Made by a program: the position numbers and the translations under genes. The notes under the pieces are model-generated. The model made no database searches. It was not told the DNA's origin and was given only the letters and a program-made list of their open reading frames with translations. DNA of 64,000 nt. Origin: Octopus vulgaris (lineage: Eukaryota). Of the stretch, positions 1 to 14,629 are shown piece after piece. Position 1 is the stretch's first letter; every line of letters starts with the position of its first letter. The stretch is taken from the NCBI GenBank assembly GCA_951406725.2, contig OX597815.1:148490001-148554000 (forward strand), read 5' to 3'.

Positions 1-540
1 TAAGATACGAAAGCAGACATTTGTATAAAATCTACCATTGAAAGAGGGTGAAAATTATGGGAAATTCAACTGAATTTAAAACAAAAACTAAAACTACGAA
101 GGAACGGAAATTTCGTAAATTAATATGTGATGTACATTCATTGGTACCATAATAAATGTCGTTTTTGTGTGCCTCTGATTAGTGGATGTGTCTTGTTAGC
201 ACCCCATTTAAAGATATCGTTGTTCACTTATCTATCATAATCTTGTCACGCATAATATGTAACCCTCATATCCCGATACTAAGGACGAATACGTCAACAT
301 GTGAATGTATAATAGGGAAGTTAATCGCGATCACATAGCCTTTTCCTCCTTTTCTTGCCACCAAAATTGTCAACGTATACACTGGTAAGTGAAAATAAAA
401 CCAAACTCTAAAATGTGCATTTTTATTACGACACAAATTTTGATGGATTCTCATCTGGCATTTCTGTAGTATGTCTTCATACACGAGTAACTATAGGAAA
501 TTAAGTAATAAATAAAAGTACGTATAAAGTCACATTAACA

Positions 541-681
541 ATAATAATGATAATGATACTGATAATAATAATAATAATAATAACAATAATAAATATATAA
601 ATAATAAATAAATAAATAACAATAATAATAATAACAATAATAAAAAAATAATAAATAAATAGTAATAATAGTAATAATAAC

Positions 682-740
<59 letters not shown>

Positions 741-751
741 TAATAATAATA
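541..751. repeat. (TAA)n microsatellite, imperfect at 5' end
   Basis: Direct reading; explains poly-I/Y/L ORFs 501-834. Confidence 0.95.
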
Positions 752-1627
752 ATAAATGGCAAGCAAAACCTCTCTATGGCAAATACCCAAAGAGAGCGAA
801 TAATGCAGATATTGACAAAGCCCTGACCCATCAATAGCTAATGGCCTCTGGCTTAAAATCTGAAACAGAAGGGTTTATCATACCAGCTCAAGGTCAATGC
901 CTACCAACAAGAAACTACCAGGCCAACATATTAAAGAACGGCAGCAACCCAAAATGTCGTGTATGCCGACAACAAAATGAAACCATTGATCATGTTGTCT
1001 CCAAATGCAGTCTTCTAGCGCCTACAGAGCACCTCAACAGGCATGATAGAGCTGCACAATATATTCACTGGGTAATTTGCAAAAACCTGGATTTGCCCCA
1101 TGAAAAAAACTGGTGGGAACACAATCTACCTCCAGTGCTTGAAAATGACCACATCTCACTCCTCTGGAACTTCACCATTCAAACTGACAGAAAGAAAGAT
1201 ACAAATAGGCTAGACATCATATTGAAAGACTTCAGATCTCGAAATAGAAATCAGCAAAATGTGGAACCTGAAGACTAAAACAATATCTGTTGACATAGGT
1301 GCCGTGTGAATGATAGCGAAAGGGGCTGATTGCTACCTGACTCAGATACCAGGAAACCCCAAAATGGCAGAAATTCAAAAGATAGTGCTCATGGGAACTG
1401 TTCATATCCTACGCAAAATACTCTCTATGTAATCTCAAGATTTAAAACAAACTTTTTAAAAAATTTATGTATTAGACATTCACCAGTACAACACAAGAAA
1501 AAAAAAACAAATATATGGCACACTAGGCATAACAACAACGTGAATATCCAACCTGCTGTCTCTTGAGGTCTCTGGGTGAGACTTGGAGCCAACTTGTACA
1601 GACATAAAGCAAAAGTCAAACATAGAA
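752..1627 (+). mobile_element. 5'-truncated R4/Dong non-LTR retrotransposon, copy A (CCHC knuckle, RLE endonuclease remnant, 3' UTR)
   Basis: GLKSETEGFI, CRVC..ETIDHVVSKC, RHD and GTxHILRK motifs; closely matches 39858-40829; ends AAAAGTCAAACATAGAA then (TAA)n; ~89-bp internal deletion near 1236. Confidence 0.9.

Positions 1628-2610
<983 letters not shown>

Positions 2611-2683
<73 letters not shown>
2611..2683. repeat. (TAA)n microsatellite
   Basis: Direct reading; produces the false poly-I N-terminus of ORF 2561-4171. Confidence 0.95.
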
Positions 2684-2687
<4 letters not shown>

Positions 2688-4440
2688 GGCAAACAGTCCT
2701 ACACCTCCAAACAAAAGAGGGACTCACGAAAACCAAAGACATCCCCATTAGAAGAGGAATATTCCAGGGAGACACGCTCTCTCCACTCCTTTTCTGCTTG
2801 GCACTGTCACCTCTATCTGATATGCTAAATAGAACTGGATGCGGATATAAATGTTACGGCAAAACGATCAGCCACCTTTTATATATGGATGACCTAAAAC
2901 TATACGCTGCAAATGACAAACAGCTGGAAACACTATTAAAGACAGTTCATGGATTTACCAAAGAAATAGATATGAAATTTGGATTAGAAAAATGCGCCAA
3001 AGTAACCATGAAAAGAGGAAAACTAGTTAAGAGTAACAACATCACACTAGATAAAACCAATGAAATAAAAGAATTAGACCAAAGCCAAACTTACAAATAC
3101 TTAGGAATCCATGAACTAGATAAGACACAACACACACAAATGAAAGAGAAAATAAAAAAAGAATATTATAGACGAGTTAGATCAATACTAAACACAGAGC
3201 TCAATGCTAAAAACAAGATAATAGGTATCAACACTTTAGCTGTCCCAGTTATAAGTTACAGCTACAATATCCTTAACTGGACACGAAATGAACTGACCAA
3301 AATAGATAGGAAAACAAGAAAAATAATGACAGGATCTAGGATGCATCACCCAAAATCTGACATAGAAAGACTATATATACAACGTATGGAAGGTGGTAGA
3401 GGCCTTATACAGCTGGAAAACTACTATAAAATAACCACCATAGGACTGCAAAAATATCTACTTCAGAAGGAAGGAAAACTGATCCAGATAGCGGCAAAAC
3501 ACGAGCAAAACAAAAAACTGTTCTCAGTATTTAAGGAAGCTGACAAATACAAACAAGAAATCATACCACCTAATAAACATGAAGAAGAAGAAGAAGATGA
3601 AGAAACAACAAAAGCTATAAAACAAATGAAATCCAAACTAAAAACAGAACAGCAACGAACCATGATAAAACGATGGCAAGAAAAGCCCCTTCATGGTAAA
3701 TACTGCACTAAACTAAACGCAAAAGAAATAGACAAAGAAAAATCCCAGCAATGGTTGAGAAGCTCAGGACTCAAAGCAGAAACAGAGGGATTTTTAATTG
3801 CAGCACAAGACCAAAGCCTCCCCACCAGAAATTACCAAAAACATGTAATGAAAAGAAATATTACAAGTAACTGCAGAATATGTGGAGATGGACAAGAAAC
3901 AATAAATCATATTATCTCTAGCTGCCCAGTCCTGGCTAAGAAGGAATATATTCACAGACATGACAGAGTTGGAACCTACATACATTGGAAGCTATGCCAA
4001 CATTATGGAATAACAACAGAAAAAAGATGGTATAGGCACACACCAGAAAAGGTCACAGAAAACGAGAAAGCAACCATACTCTGGGATATGCCGATACACA
4101 CAGATAGAGAAATTAAGGCCAACAGACCAGATATAGTTGTCAGAGATCATGAAGAAAAAAATGCTTTTTAATTGATGTATCAATACCGGCAGATGACAAC
4201 GTGTCTCTAAAAGAAATGGAGAAACTCTCAAAATACAAAGACCTGGAAATAGAGGTAACTAGAATGTGGAATCTGAAAACAGAAACAATTCCTATCATAG
4301 TAGGTGCATTAGGCATGATAAAAAAATATTCAGACAAATACATAACAAAAACACCAGGACTTACAAACACATATAACATACAGAAAATTGCACTACTAGG
4401 CACTGCCCACATCCTACGCAGAACACTTTCCATACAATAA
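2684..4440 (+). pseudogene. Dong RT-RLE reading frame, open except a 1-nt shift in an A7 run at ~4155-4161
   Basis: Adding one A restores HEEKKCFLIDVSIPADDNVSLKEMEK and joins ORFs 2561-4171 and 4201-4440. Confidence 0.85.
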
Positions 4441-4540
4441 CCATCAGAGCATCACAACAAATCACAGCACATACCCAAGGCACACAGAGCTGCGCTCGGT
4501 AGTGAAGTGAAAGCACGCTATAAAAATAAAAATAAAACTA

Positions 4541-4545
<5 letters not shown>
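2684..4545 (+). mobile_element. 5'-truncated R4/Dong copy C (distinct, younger-looking family) with C-terminal RT, CCHC and RLE
   Basis: RGIFQGDTLSPLLF, HLLYMDDLKL, YKYLG, GGRGL, CRIC..ETINHIISSC, RPDIVV..IDVS..KYKDL; 3' UTR 4441-4545 followed by (TAA)n. Confidence 0.93.

Positions 4546-4590
<45 letters not shown>
4546..4590. repeat. (TAA)n microsatellite
   Basis: Direct reading. Confidence 0.95.
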
Positions 4591-4593
<3 letters not shown>

Positions 4594-4699
4594 CAAGAGA
4601 AACTTTTGAGCGGATGGGCTACTCGACACGAAGAAAACTCCAGCTGGACCTTACCAGGAAGTTCATGCGATGTCTATCTTGATGTGAGATGACCATGTT

Positions 4700-5000
4700 G
4701 TGCGCATACTTGGAACAGCCCACATCCTACGCAAAGCACAATCAATAATGCAAATCAGAGAAAACCATCCCGAAGCACGAGACACACTCTATATAGTAAA
4801 TATCCAAGAAAATAATCTGCTACCAGCAGATCAATTACCTAACGCATCACTCAAGCAATACACAATACAAACACTAATACAAATAACTGCACCACACCCC
4901 ATGAATAAGGAATTGACGCAATATAATACCAGTAAGAGATTGCACACTTCCAGCTGCAAAAAAGAACACGCATTACTGCACACATCCCGGCAACACGCAT
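4700..5000 (+). mobile_element. Highly degraded Dong C-terminal remnant(s)
   Basis: ILGTAHILRKAQSI at ~4706-4750; a second GCACACATCC-like segment near 4978. Confidence 0.5.
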
Positions 5001-5985
5001 GTGTAGAAGCTGATGGCGTAGAAATTTACCAGAAACTACTAAATGTTGATCAATAATAAACATTATAATAATAGCATCAAAAACGACGACAACGATAAAT
5101 AAGATTATGGCGCTGACGATGACATTCTTTGAAGGTGAGGAGCCTGGGAGATGTAAAAAAACAAATAACTTATACTTAGATTATCACAGTAGATCCTTTG
5201 TGTTGCTTTTGATTACACATATACTTGGCTGAACAAGAATTTTCACGAAACATCCACATTTGATTTATTATTACATATTCGATATTCTTGAAAATTCCTG
5301 AAACTGTGTCCATCATCTTGACTTTCACCATTATTAGCTGTTTGTGTTTGTTAATGAAGCGCTTTGTGCATAATCAACTGTTTAACGACAGTCGGGAAAT
5401 CATTATTGCTTGGGAACTAAACATATGCGCAATAATATAATTTATTATTTCATAACTGAACAAATATTCCTTCTTCACATCAGGACTACGCTAATTGTGA
5501 CTATACCCCAAAGGTATCCTCTTATCCGCGATTATATCAAAAGCCGATTGGCCCTTTTGGATCTTCTGACAAATCTCAACAGGATTGTACAGATTATTTG
5601 TTTTCTATATTCAAATATTCATTTTTCCAGATAACTTTCCAGATAATCACGACCCCACCAAGATGATGAATGTAATATTTTCTCTTAATCAAATAACGTT
5701 AAACCAAAATCTAAATATCAAATTTATAGTGTCTTCAATTAAAATATTTTTTAGTAAACGAGACGTAAAGCATCTAGACATTATCGATCATAGTTAGCAG
5801 AAGAAACCTTTTGAAAGTCATAACATAGCAGACAATAATTTGGTTAGTGTTAAAATACTTTATGCAGTGAGCGTAATGAATCTAATTAGAATTTATTATT
5901 TGTCGAGAAAAAGAGATCTCTTGACAACATTTTAATTATTTGTTGCTATACAGAATAAAATACGATTATGGTTCCAAATTGTTCT

Positions 5986-6413
<428 letters not shown>

Positions 6414-7896
6414 TCAAAAAGGGAAACAAGTCCCTTGCAGTGAATTACCGTCCGATCTCACTCACCTCTCATATCATCAAGGTATTTGAGAGGGTGGTGA
6501 GATCTCAAATAACCCAATTTCTGGAAAGCAACAGACGGCTGATCTCCAACCAACATGGGTTCCGTAATGGAAGGGACTGCCTAACGCAGCTCCTGCATCA
6601 CTTTGAGGACATTTTGAGAGCTTTGGGAGATGGCTCCAACACCGATGTCATCTACCTTGATTTCAGTAAGGCCTTCGACAGGGTCGATCACAAGATCCTA
6701 TTGAAAAAACTATCCAACATTGGTGTCTCTGGAAAGTTACTGAAATGGATTAAGTGTTTCCTGACAGACAGATCTCAACATGTTGTAGTTGAAGGGGTAA
6801 AATCAAGCCCAGCCAAAGTCAGTAGTGGCGTTCCGCAAGGCACTGTGCTGGGCCCACTTCTTTTCATCATTTACATTAATGACATTAATGACATCATCAA
6901 GCACAGCAACATAAAAATCTTTGCAGTTGACTCCAAGCTACAGAAGGTCATAAATGAGGCGAGTGACCGGACATGCCTTCAGTCAGATCTACTGGCTGTT
7001 ATCCAATGGGCAGAAAAAAACAATATGCTGCTGAACGAGGATAAATTTGAGCTAATCCACTTTGGAAAAGAGGATGCCCTGAAACTCCCATACTCCCTTC
7101 CTTCAGGTGAAACTCTTGCGGCGTCCAACAACATCAGAGACTTGGGAGTAATTGTGGACAACAACGTAAGCTGGGCCACTCATATAAACACCAAAGTTGA
7201 CATGGCCCGCAGAATGTGTTCCTGGATTCTCAGAACTTTCCAGTCGAGAGATATCCACACCATTATCCTTCTCTTCTCCACTTTTGCCCGACCCCACCTT
7301 GAATACTGTTGTCCACTGTGGTCTCCCCACACAATACAAGGTATCATAAAAGTCGAAGCACCTCAAAGGGCAATCACAAAAAAGATAGATGGCATGACAG
7401 GCCTCGACTATTGGGGTCGACTAGAAAAGCTAAAACTCTATTCTCTCCAACGTCGTCGTGAGCGCTACATCATCTGCATGATGTGGAAAATATTCCATCA
7501 GCATTGCCCAAATGATGTTGGCATCACCTTTAAGGTACATCCAAGGCTTGGGCCCCGTGCCATCCGCCCAAAACAAAAATCGCACTCTCATCTCATAACA
7601 ACAATACGGCACAATTATTTCACCTCAATTGGCCCCGCTCTCTTTAACATTACACCAAAACACATTAAAACAGAAACTGACCCTATAGGGTTCAAGAAGT
7701 CTTTGGACAGATTCCTTCAAGAAATCCCGGATAAACCCCCTACACCCGGATATGTCTCTGTAAACAATAACTCTCTACTTGAGTGGGCCATAGTGCCCAA
7801 ATTCTGACTTGAAAGACTTCACCAGGTGGTGCTATTAAGTTAGACATGGCCTGGGCCAATAATGGCCGAAACCTATCAAAGTATCAAAGTATCAAA

Positions 7897-7897
<1 letters not shown>
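6414..7897 (+). mobile_element. 5'-truncated CR1/L2-group (APE-type) LINE
   Basis: Starts at (F)[18 protein letters not shown]; 3' UTR hairpin GGCCA-ATAA-TGGCC; tail (TATCAAAG)3 runs into (TA)n. Confidence 0.92.
6440..7807 (+). CDS. LINE ORF2 reverse transcriptase C-terminal part (uninterrupted frame, catalytic motif altered to FAVD)
   Basis: [64 protein letters not shown]. Confidence 0.88.
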   Translation: MNYRPISLTSHIIKVFERVVRSQITQFLESNRRLISNQHGFRNGRDCLTQLLHHFEDILRALGDGSNTDVIYLDFSKAFDRVDHKILLKKLSNIGVSGKLLKWIKCFLTDRSQHVVVEGVKSSPAKVSSGVPQGTVLGPLLFIIYINDINDIIKHSNIKIFAVDSKLQKVINEASDRTCLQSDLLAVIQWAEKNNMLLNEDKFELIHFGKEDALKLPYSLPSGETLAASNNIRDLGVIVDNNVSWATHINTKVDMARRMCSWILRTFQSRDIHTIILLFSTFARPHLEYCCPLWSPHTIQGIIKVEAPQRAITKKIDGMTGLDYWGRLEKLKLYSLQRRRERYIICMMWKIFHQHCPNDVGITFKVHPRLGPRAIRPKQKSHSHLITTIRHNYFTSIGPALFNITPKHIKTETDPIGFKKSLDRFLQEIPDKPPTPGYVSVNNNSLLEWAIVPKF

Positions 7898-7948
<51 letters not shown>

Positions 7949-7960
7949 GTATATATATAT

Positions 7961-8266
7961 GGAGGCACAATGGCCTAGTGGTTAGGGCAGTGGACTCGCG
8001 GTCGTAGGATCGCGGTTTCGATTCCCAGACCGGTTGTTGTGAGGGTTTATTGAGCGAAAACACCTAAGAGCTCCACGAGGCTCCGGCAGGGGGTGGGGAT
8101 CCCTGCTGTACTCTTTCACCACTTTTTCTCCCACTCTTTCTTTTGTTGGACTGCTCGCTTAGCCAGATGAGTGGCGTCGTTCGATGGCTAAAACAATGCG
8201 TACGCATTGTGACCAGCGATGTGTAGCAACATCTGATGGTCTGGTCGGTCACATGGTCACGTGATT
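7961..8266 (+). mobile_element. tRNA-derived SINE
   Basis: A box TGGCCTAGTGG, B box-like GTTTCGATTCC; GC-rich body between TA tracts. Confidence 0.8.
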
Positions 8267-8305
<39 letters not shown>

Positions 8306-8369
8306 ATATATATACATACATACATGCACATATACAAAGATATATACATGTATATATATCCATATGTAC

Positions 8370-8400
<31 letters not shown>

Positions 8401-8990
8401 AACATATATAAATGCATGCATACATATATAGATATCCATATATATATGTATGTTTGTGTGTGTATACATGTGAATCTCTCCCCCTGTCTTTCTAAACACA
8501 CATATATATGTATCTTTACATATACATGCATTTATACCTACACACAATTATAAATACATACTGTAAATCACACAGCACGCATAATCACAACATATATGCG
8601 TCTGCGTGTTTTTGTGTGAATAGACGTGCGCGGCTTTATCGAAGTGATCACATAATAATGTTTAGCAGTCAATTTGTTACGCGAAAGTCTAGAAAATTAC
8701 GCGCTTATGCAATGAACGCCATATATTTGATGTTTAATATGCAATTTACTTCTTACCAATTTTTATAGATATTTTAAAGTCTTCTTTCTCATTAATCTTC
8801 AATAGATTTTTGTGTAACAAGATGGTGGAATAAAATTTATTAAATAACAATAATCTGTATTGAAGTGAAATGTAAAAAAATCTACGATTTCTTGCAATAT
8901 AAGAGGAGCTTATGAAAGTTGAATTATTTACCATATATATATATATATAGATATATCTATATATGCATACACACGCACACACACACACAT

Positions 8991-9040
<50 letters not shown>

Positions 9041-9609
9041 TTTTTTTCTTTTCTTTCTCATAAGTTAAATGTCAATTAATATGTTCTGAAAGAGAGATCT
9101 AAAATAAATATTGTTTTCATATGAGGACAAAAGATGGGCATAAAATGAAATTACTAAAAAATATTTCATATAAAACAAATACTCACTAATAGCAAAATGA
9201 ACTAGAAAATTGTAAAAAACATATAAGAAGAATTGGAAAGAAATTAACAATATACAAGATCTGAAAATATTACGGTATATTTATTGATAGATTCATTTTC
9301 TTAATATAGCTAAAACTTAGCAATGTTGATATAATATATAACGTGATGATATTTATCTGTCATTTGTTTTATTTTAATTCATCATTTTCTCTTCTCGAAT
9401 TTATTGAGAAAAAAAGATTACTGTTTCTAGTTTTCATTCATCTCGAAGATGATTAGAATACGGTTGTTATTGTAAAGTAATACTTTCCCTGCCAAAGAGA
9501 GAAAAATGAGCAACAAAAAACACGTTTGAATGACAGGACGACTTACTGAGAAAAATAAATTATGGTGGCTTCAGTTATATTCAACTATACACACAACCAG
9601 AACAGCTCA

Positions 9610-9663
<54 letters not shown>

Positions 9664-10134
9664 TTATATAAGACGATTTTATTAATATTTCTACTCTCTT
9701 TAGTAATGAGTAAGATTGTTTCTTAGCAAAATCGAGCTGGAATACATATATGGAGACAAGTTTCTGGCTTTTAAATATTTCATTAGCGTAAATAAACAAT
9801 ATGAATATACCCGAACATGTATGTAATATGTCTATTGTGTGTGCGTATGCGTCTGTGCGTGCATGCGCGAATGTGTGTGTGTGTCAATGTGTGTCGGTCT
9901 ATGTGCGCGTGCGTGAAAATGTGCGTGTGTACATCTGTGCGTCTGCCTATGTGAGTGCATGAGTGTGTTGTTGCGCGCATACGCGCGGAGACTTCTATAT
10001 ATTTTAGAACTTGGTTCTGCAAACACAGGTACATCCAACGTATGTATTACAACGAGAGGTTTTGCTACATTTGACGATAAACATCTTTGATGTTCGATAA
10101 GAATTACAATATTTCAGTTAACAAAAGTTTTGAG

Positions 10135-10340
10135 AGTTTGCAGAAACGTTAGCAATCAGGGCAAAATGCTTAGCGATATATCGTCTGGCTTTACGTTCTG
10201 AGTCCAAATTCCGCCGAGGTCGGCTTTGCCTTTCATACTTTCAAGATCGATAAATTAATTACCAGTTGCGAACTGAGGTCGATCTAATCGAGTTACCCCC
10301 TCCCACACAATTTGAGGCTTTGTGCCTAGAATAGAAAATA
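10135..10340 (+). mobile_element. SINE (Nin/Deu-like central domain) copy
   Basis: GTCGGCTTTGCCTTTCAT...GATCGATAAA..TACCAG; related copies at 34870-35370, 45890-46335, 60715-60865. Confidence 0.65.
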
Positions 10341-10863
10341 ATATTTCCTTTAAAAATTGTATAATACAAATTTTCTTACTGCACATCCCTGTAAGCACAA
10401 ACTAAATAAAGGAAGGTGGAGCACACTAAGCCTCATGCTAGATTAGTGTTTTACAATTTTGCAATTATAAGAATGCTACGTGAGAAAGTGGTGTAAGAAT
10501 ATAATATATATGAAACGTTGTTATATTTTCTGGAAGAAGGCACTTTTTCTAACGCCCCAGAATCGTTACACCTTTCATATTGAAGTTTCCCTGACCTTCT
10601 TCCATGATTTTATGTAATTGCATACTTTTGGCACAAGAATTAGTTGCATGTTATGATTCAAAAATATTGCATCAAGCAGGAGGCTATCGAATACAATATT
10701 AGTCGAAACCTGAACATTTATAGCAAACGGATATTTTCCAAGATATAGATATACACGCATATATAATCTACATATATATGTATGTAGGATATACTCCATA
10801 TCTATTTCTTTTCCTCACTCTACCCCTCCCTCCCTCCTTCTCTTTTGCAATGTATATATATAT

Positions 10864-10957
10864 AAAGACTTTCTCACCTTCCCGAGCATCAAAGTTATAC
10901 ATCTGCTTGCTGTTTATATACCTGTCTTCGTATTTTGTATTTCTGTAAACTTCAAGT
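10864..10957 (+). mobile_element. 3' part of a Penelope-like pLTR family (also at 29525-29575 and 30686-30915, minus strand)
   Basis: AAAGACTTTCTCA..CCGAGC..CCTGTCTTCGT..TGTAAA matches the reverse complement of 30686-30779; TA tracts on both sides. Confidence 0.6.
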
Positions 10958-11316
<359 letters not shown>

Positions 11317-11341
11317 ATATATATATATATATATATATATA

Positions 11342-13500
11342 TGAGGACAAGAAATTGGAAGTCCCCAAAGAAAGGGCTGTTCCTACGTACATGGGAAATC
11401 GTAGAAGGCTATCCGCCAGATAATTAAATTAGAGCTGCCCTAAAGAGTAAAGGTTTCTCCAGACCAGTGGCACCAATATTGCTGAAGAAGAATGAGTTCA
11501 TCCGATCTTAATCGTTCATAGGTCATACCTGGAAACAATTGACTGCATTTTCAAAAGTAGCGAAAAAAATTGATGAAACTGCCTGCGGGACATGTCACAC
11601 AGAAAGCAGTGGCAACATCGAGGCCAAAGATAAAATGCTCAAAGTGGAAGGGAACGAGAAAATTGCAATCAACCACCTTCCAAAGCAGCAATTTACAAAA
11701 AGAAAAAGAAAACACTAGGCGAAAGCTAAGTAAAATAAAAGCCCAAAATCTGACCCTCTCAGAGAAAAAGGACTATCTGCAATTTTCCCATAAGAGGTGT
11801 TTACTGGCATAGAGTGAGTGGGACAAACTGCCGCCTTACGCACACAGCGCTGGAGCAACATCCCTTACACAACCAACGAAAGAAACAACTACACTTGGAA
11901 AAAATCTATATCCCAGCACAAACTTGCAGAGAAGAAGACCAGACAGTTATTATATACAGCATTTGGGCAGCAACATTTTTAAGTGTGGCACAGAAAATAA
12001 TGCAATGGTTGCCATGGCTACAAACAAAGCTGAGCTATGTAACCCCGCACAGAAGACAACCTCAATTGATGTACCCTGGTTTGCCACCACTGCCACAAAA
12101 CCACCCAACACATCCACACCAATGCCATTTCTACAGATGAATATAAGAGGCCTGCTGCAGAACAACAGCAAATGCAAAATTGAGCACCTAAAGAATATTT
12201 CTGTATGTAATCAAGCTCTATACTTGGCACCTACAGAAACACCTCTATACGCAGACGTAAGTGATGTGGAGATAAACAAACCAATGTATGCTTTCATCCG
12301 TACAGACACAAGAAAAAAGAAGTCATGGTGGTGTTGCATGGACATCCACAATGATGTCACACCATTAACCATGTTATCGAACTCAAACTCGGTGTGTGCC
12401 ACACTCATAGTACATCTAAAGCAACTTGATACATTGAGATGCCCACTATAACACCCACCTGATGCCTCGCATCATCATGGAAAATGTGAGGAAAGCTTCA
12501 GTGCGATAAAAGAAGAACTAGCACAATTAGATTAACGTACCATTATATTCCTGATGAGTGACTTCAACTTCCCCAACATCAGATGGCCCGAGGACAATAT
12601 AACTCCAGGAATGACGTACAGGCAGCGAAATCAAGATGAATCCCGACTTGATCTTATGAAAATGCTATTTATGGAACAGATCATACTCTCCCCAAACAGG
12701 CATAAAAATATCCTGGAACTCTCTTTTACAAACAATATGGAAATTATCCACAACGTAAATATACCATCGTCAATAATCGCATAGCCCAGAATTAAGTAAA
12801 GATGAACTCCGCACAGATGGCGCTCAAATCCTATCAAAACTGAATTTCTATAAGGCTGACTGAAAGTCCCTTCAAAACAGATTCCCCAGCAGGACTGGCC
12901 TAAAAAGCCTCTCTATGAAAGACATAGATATAGAACTCAATAAATTCACGTCTATTATGCGAACCATATATTAGATATTATTAGATATTATTAGAACCAT
13001 ATATTAGATATTATCCCAGAGAAGGAAGCCAAAACACACAAAAACACTTTTCCCCGAGACAGGAGAATACTCATGCGGCGAAAGATAAAGATCGCGAATC
13101 GTTTAAACAAACACATTAATGAAAGCTTAATGACAGTGTGAAATCTCCCCTGACAGAGGAATTCTTCGAGGTAGAAAATAAACTCAAAATCGCCAATGAG
13201 AAGGAAAGAGAAGAAAGAAGCCTGGGCAGTCAGAAATATAAAAAGAAATCCTAAAGTCGTCTAAACGTTGGCAAATGTGTATGATTCAGTACGCTATAAG
13301 ATAGGGCTACTATTTGGTAAAAATAAAACTGCTCACCCCCTGCAGACCCAAAGAAGATATGGAAAGCAATAAATAACAATTCAGAAGTGTTTTCACTTCT
13401 CTACTAGAAAATATATAAATAAAGAAGCCTGATAAGTTTTTCAATGTAACGAATCTCTTCGTAAAGGAAGCAACCATCTATTACATCAACGTTAATTACA
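11342..13500 (+). mobile_element. Old degraded APE-type LINE (ORF1 remnant, endonuclease, linker; RT absent)
   Basis: MNIRGL, PTETPL, FIRTD, SDFNFPNIRW, NILELSFTNN and NIKRNPK motifs across broken frames. Confidence 0.75.
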
Positions 13501-13562
13501 CAAACAATTTCTTCAGTTGAACGTATCATTTGGGACCCTCGTCGTCGCAACCGACGGTGTGC

Positions 13563-13610
<48 letters not shown>

Positions 13611-14629
13611 CTGTTTGGAGCTGATGAACAGGTATTATATATTAGAAAAAAGAACGTACTCAGTGATCTGCATGAGTTATACATTTACAGATTTTTATTA
13701 ATATGTCACGTTTTTATAAATCATATTAAAGCGCTTGCATCTACTCTAGTAGTTTCTTCAGATTCTTCAGTAGATTCTGAAGAATCTACTATAGTAGTAA
13801 AGCACAATTCAAAAGCTTACTTCCCCAAAGCCAAAATAAGAAACTGCTATGGAAAATGAAGGAAAGGGAAAGTAAAGAATTCGGTAAGTGTGGAATATAT
13901 ATATATTATATAGAACAAGGTCATATACTTTTATCCATTGAGCCATTGTTGGCTCCTAGCAGTTCTGAATAATAATGATATTCAGTAAAGAAATTTGATA
14001 TGCTAAAAACTCCTTATTTTTAAGGGTAGATTCTTGGTGGTTACTTCGTTATTTTCGAGGAAATATTTTAGGCAATATTTGTAAATATACCAACCCATAG
14101 GCTGTTATGTTAGTACTTATTATTTTAAAATTGAAATACCACGAATTCATATAATTATGAACATCCAACAGGAATTATTATAAATAGTTATCAGGGATTA
14201 TAAATAAACTATAGCTGGTAAAATAACAGTAAGACTAAAACAATATTATCCTGAAATGTAGGACTATTGGTAAAGCTGTACTAGTAAGGCTAACATGTAG
14301 TTATAAGGAGAATAGTAGAATAAATAATAGAAGTACAAAAATGAAGAAGTTTAAGCAAAAACAAAAGTAAAACAACAAATATAAAAGTAATGGAAAATAA
14401 AGATGGAATTATGAGGAAAAGAATTATGAGGTAAGAAAATTAAATATATATCTTCTTATCATAATAATGAAAACAGAAAAGGGAGCGAAACCTCTTTCAA
14501 TGCGATCATTTGATAAATTCGACCATTACTGTTTAATTTAGATATGCTTTTACCTCCAAACTATTGGACTAGGTGTTCAGGTGTAACCATATCCATGAGT
14601 TCAAACCAGGACTGCCATGTTATGTTGGC

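Noticed and set aside
7961-8040. Possible tRNA gene
   Set aside because: No closed acceptor stem, and it continues into a repeat body; this is a SINE head. The same applies to 28730-28806, 34160-34236 and 59745-59905.
13607-13800. GAG-CTGATGA...GAACGTA-CTC and the palindrome AGTAGATTC-tgaa-GAATCTACT with CTGAAGA motifs
   Set aside because: No credible stem II or intact GAAA/NUH; may be a decayed pLTR but cannot be supported as a ribozyme.
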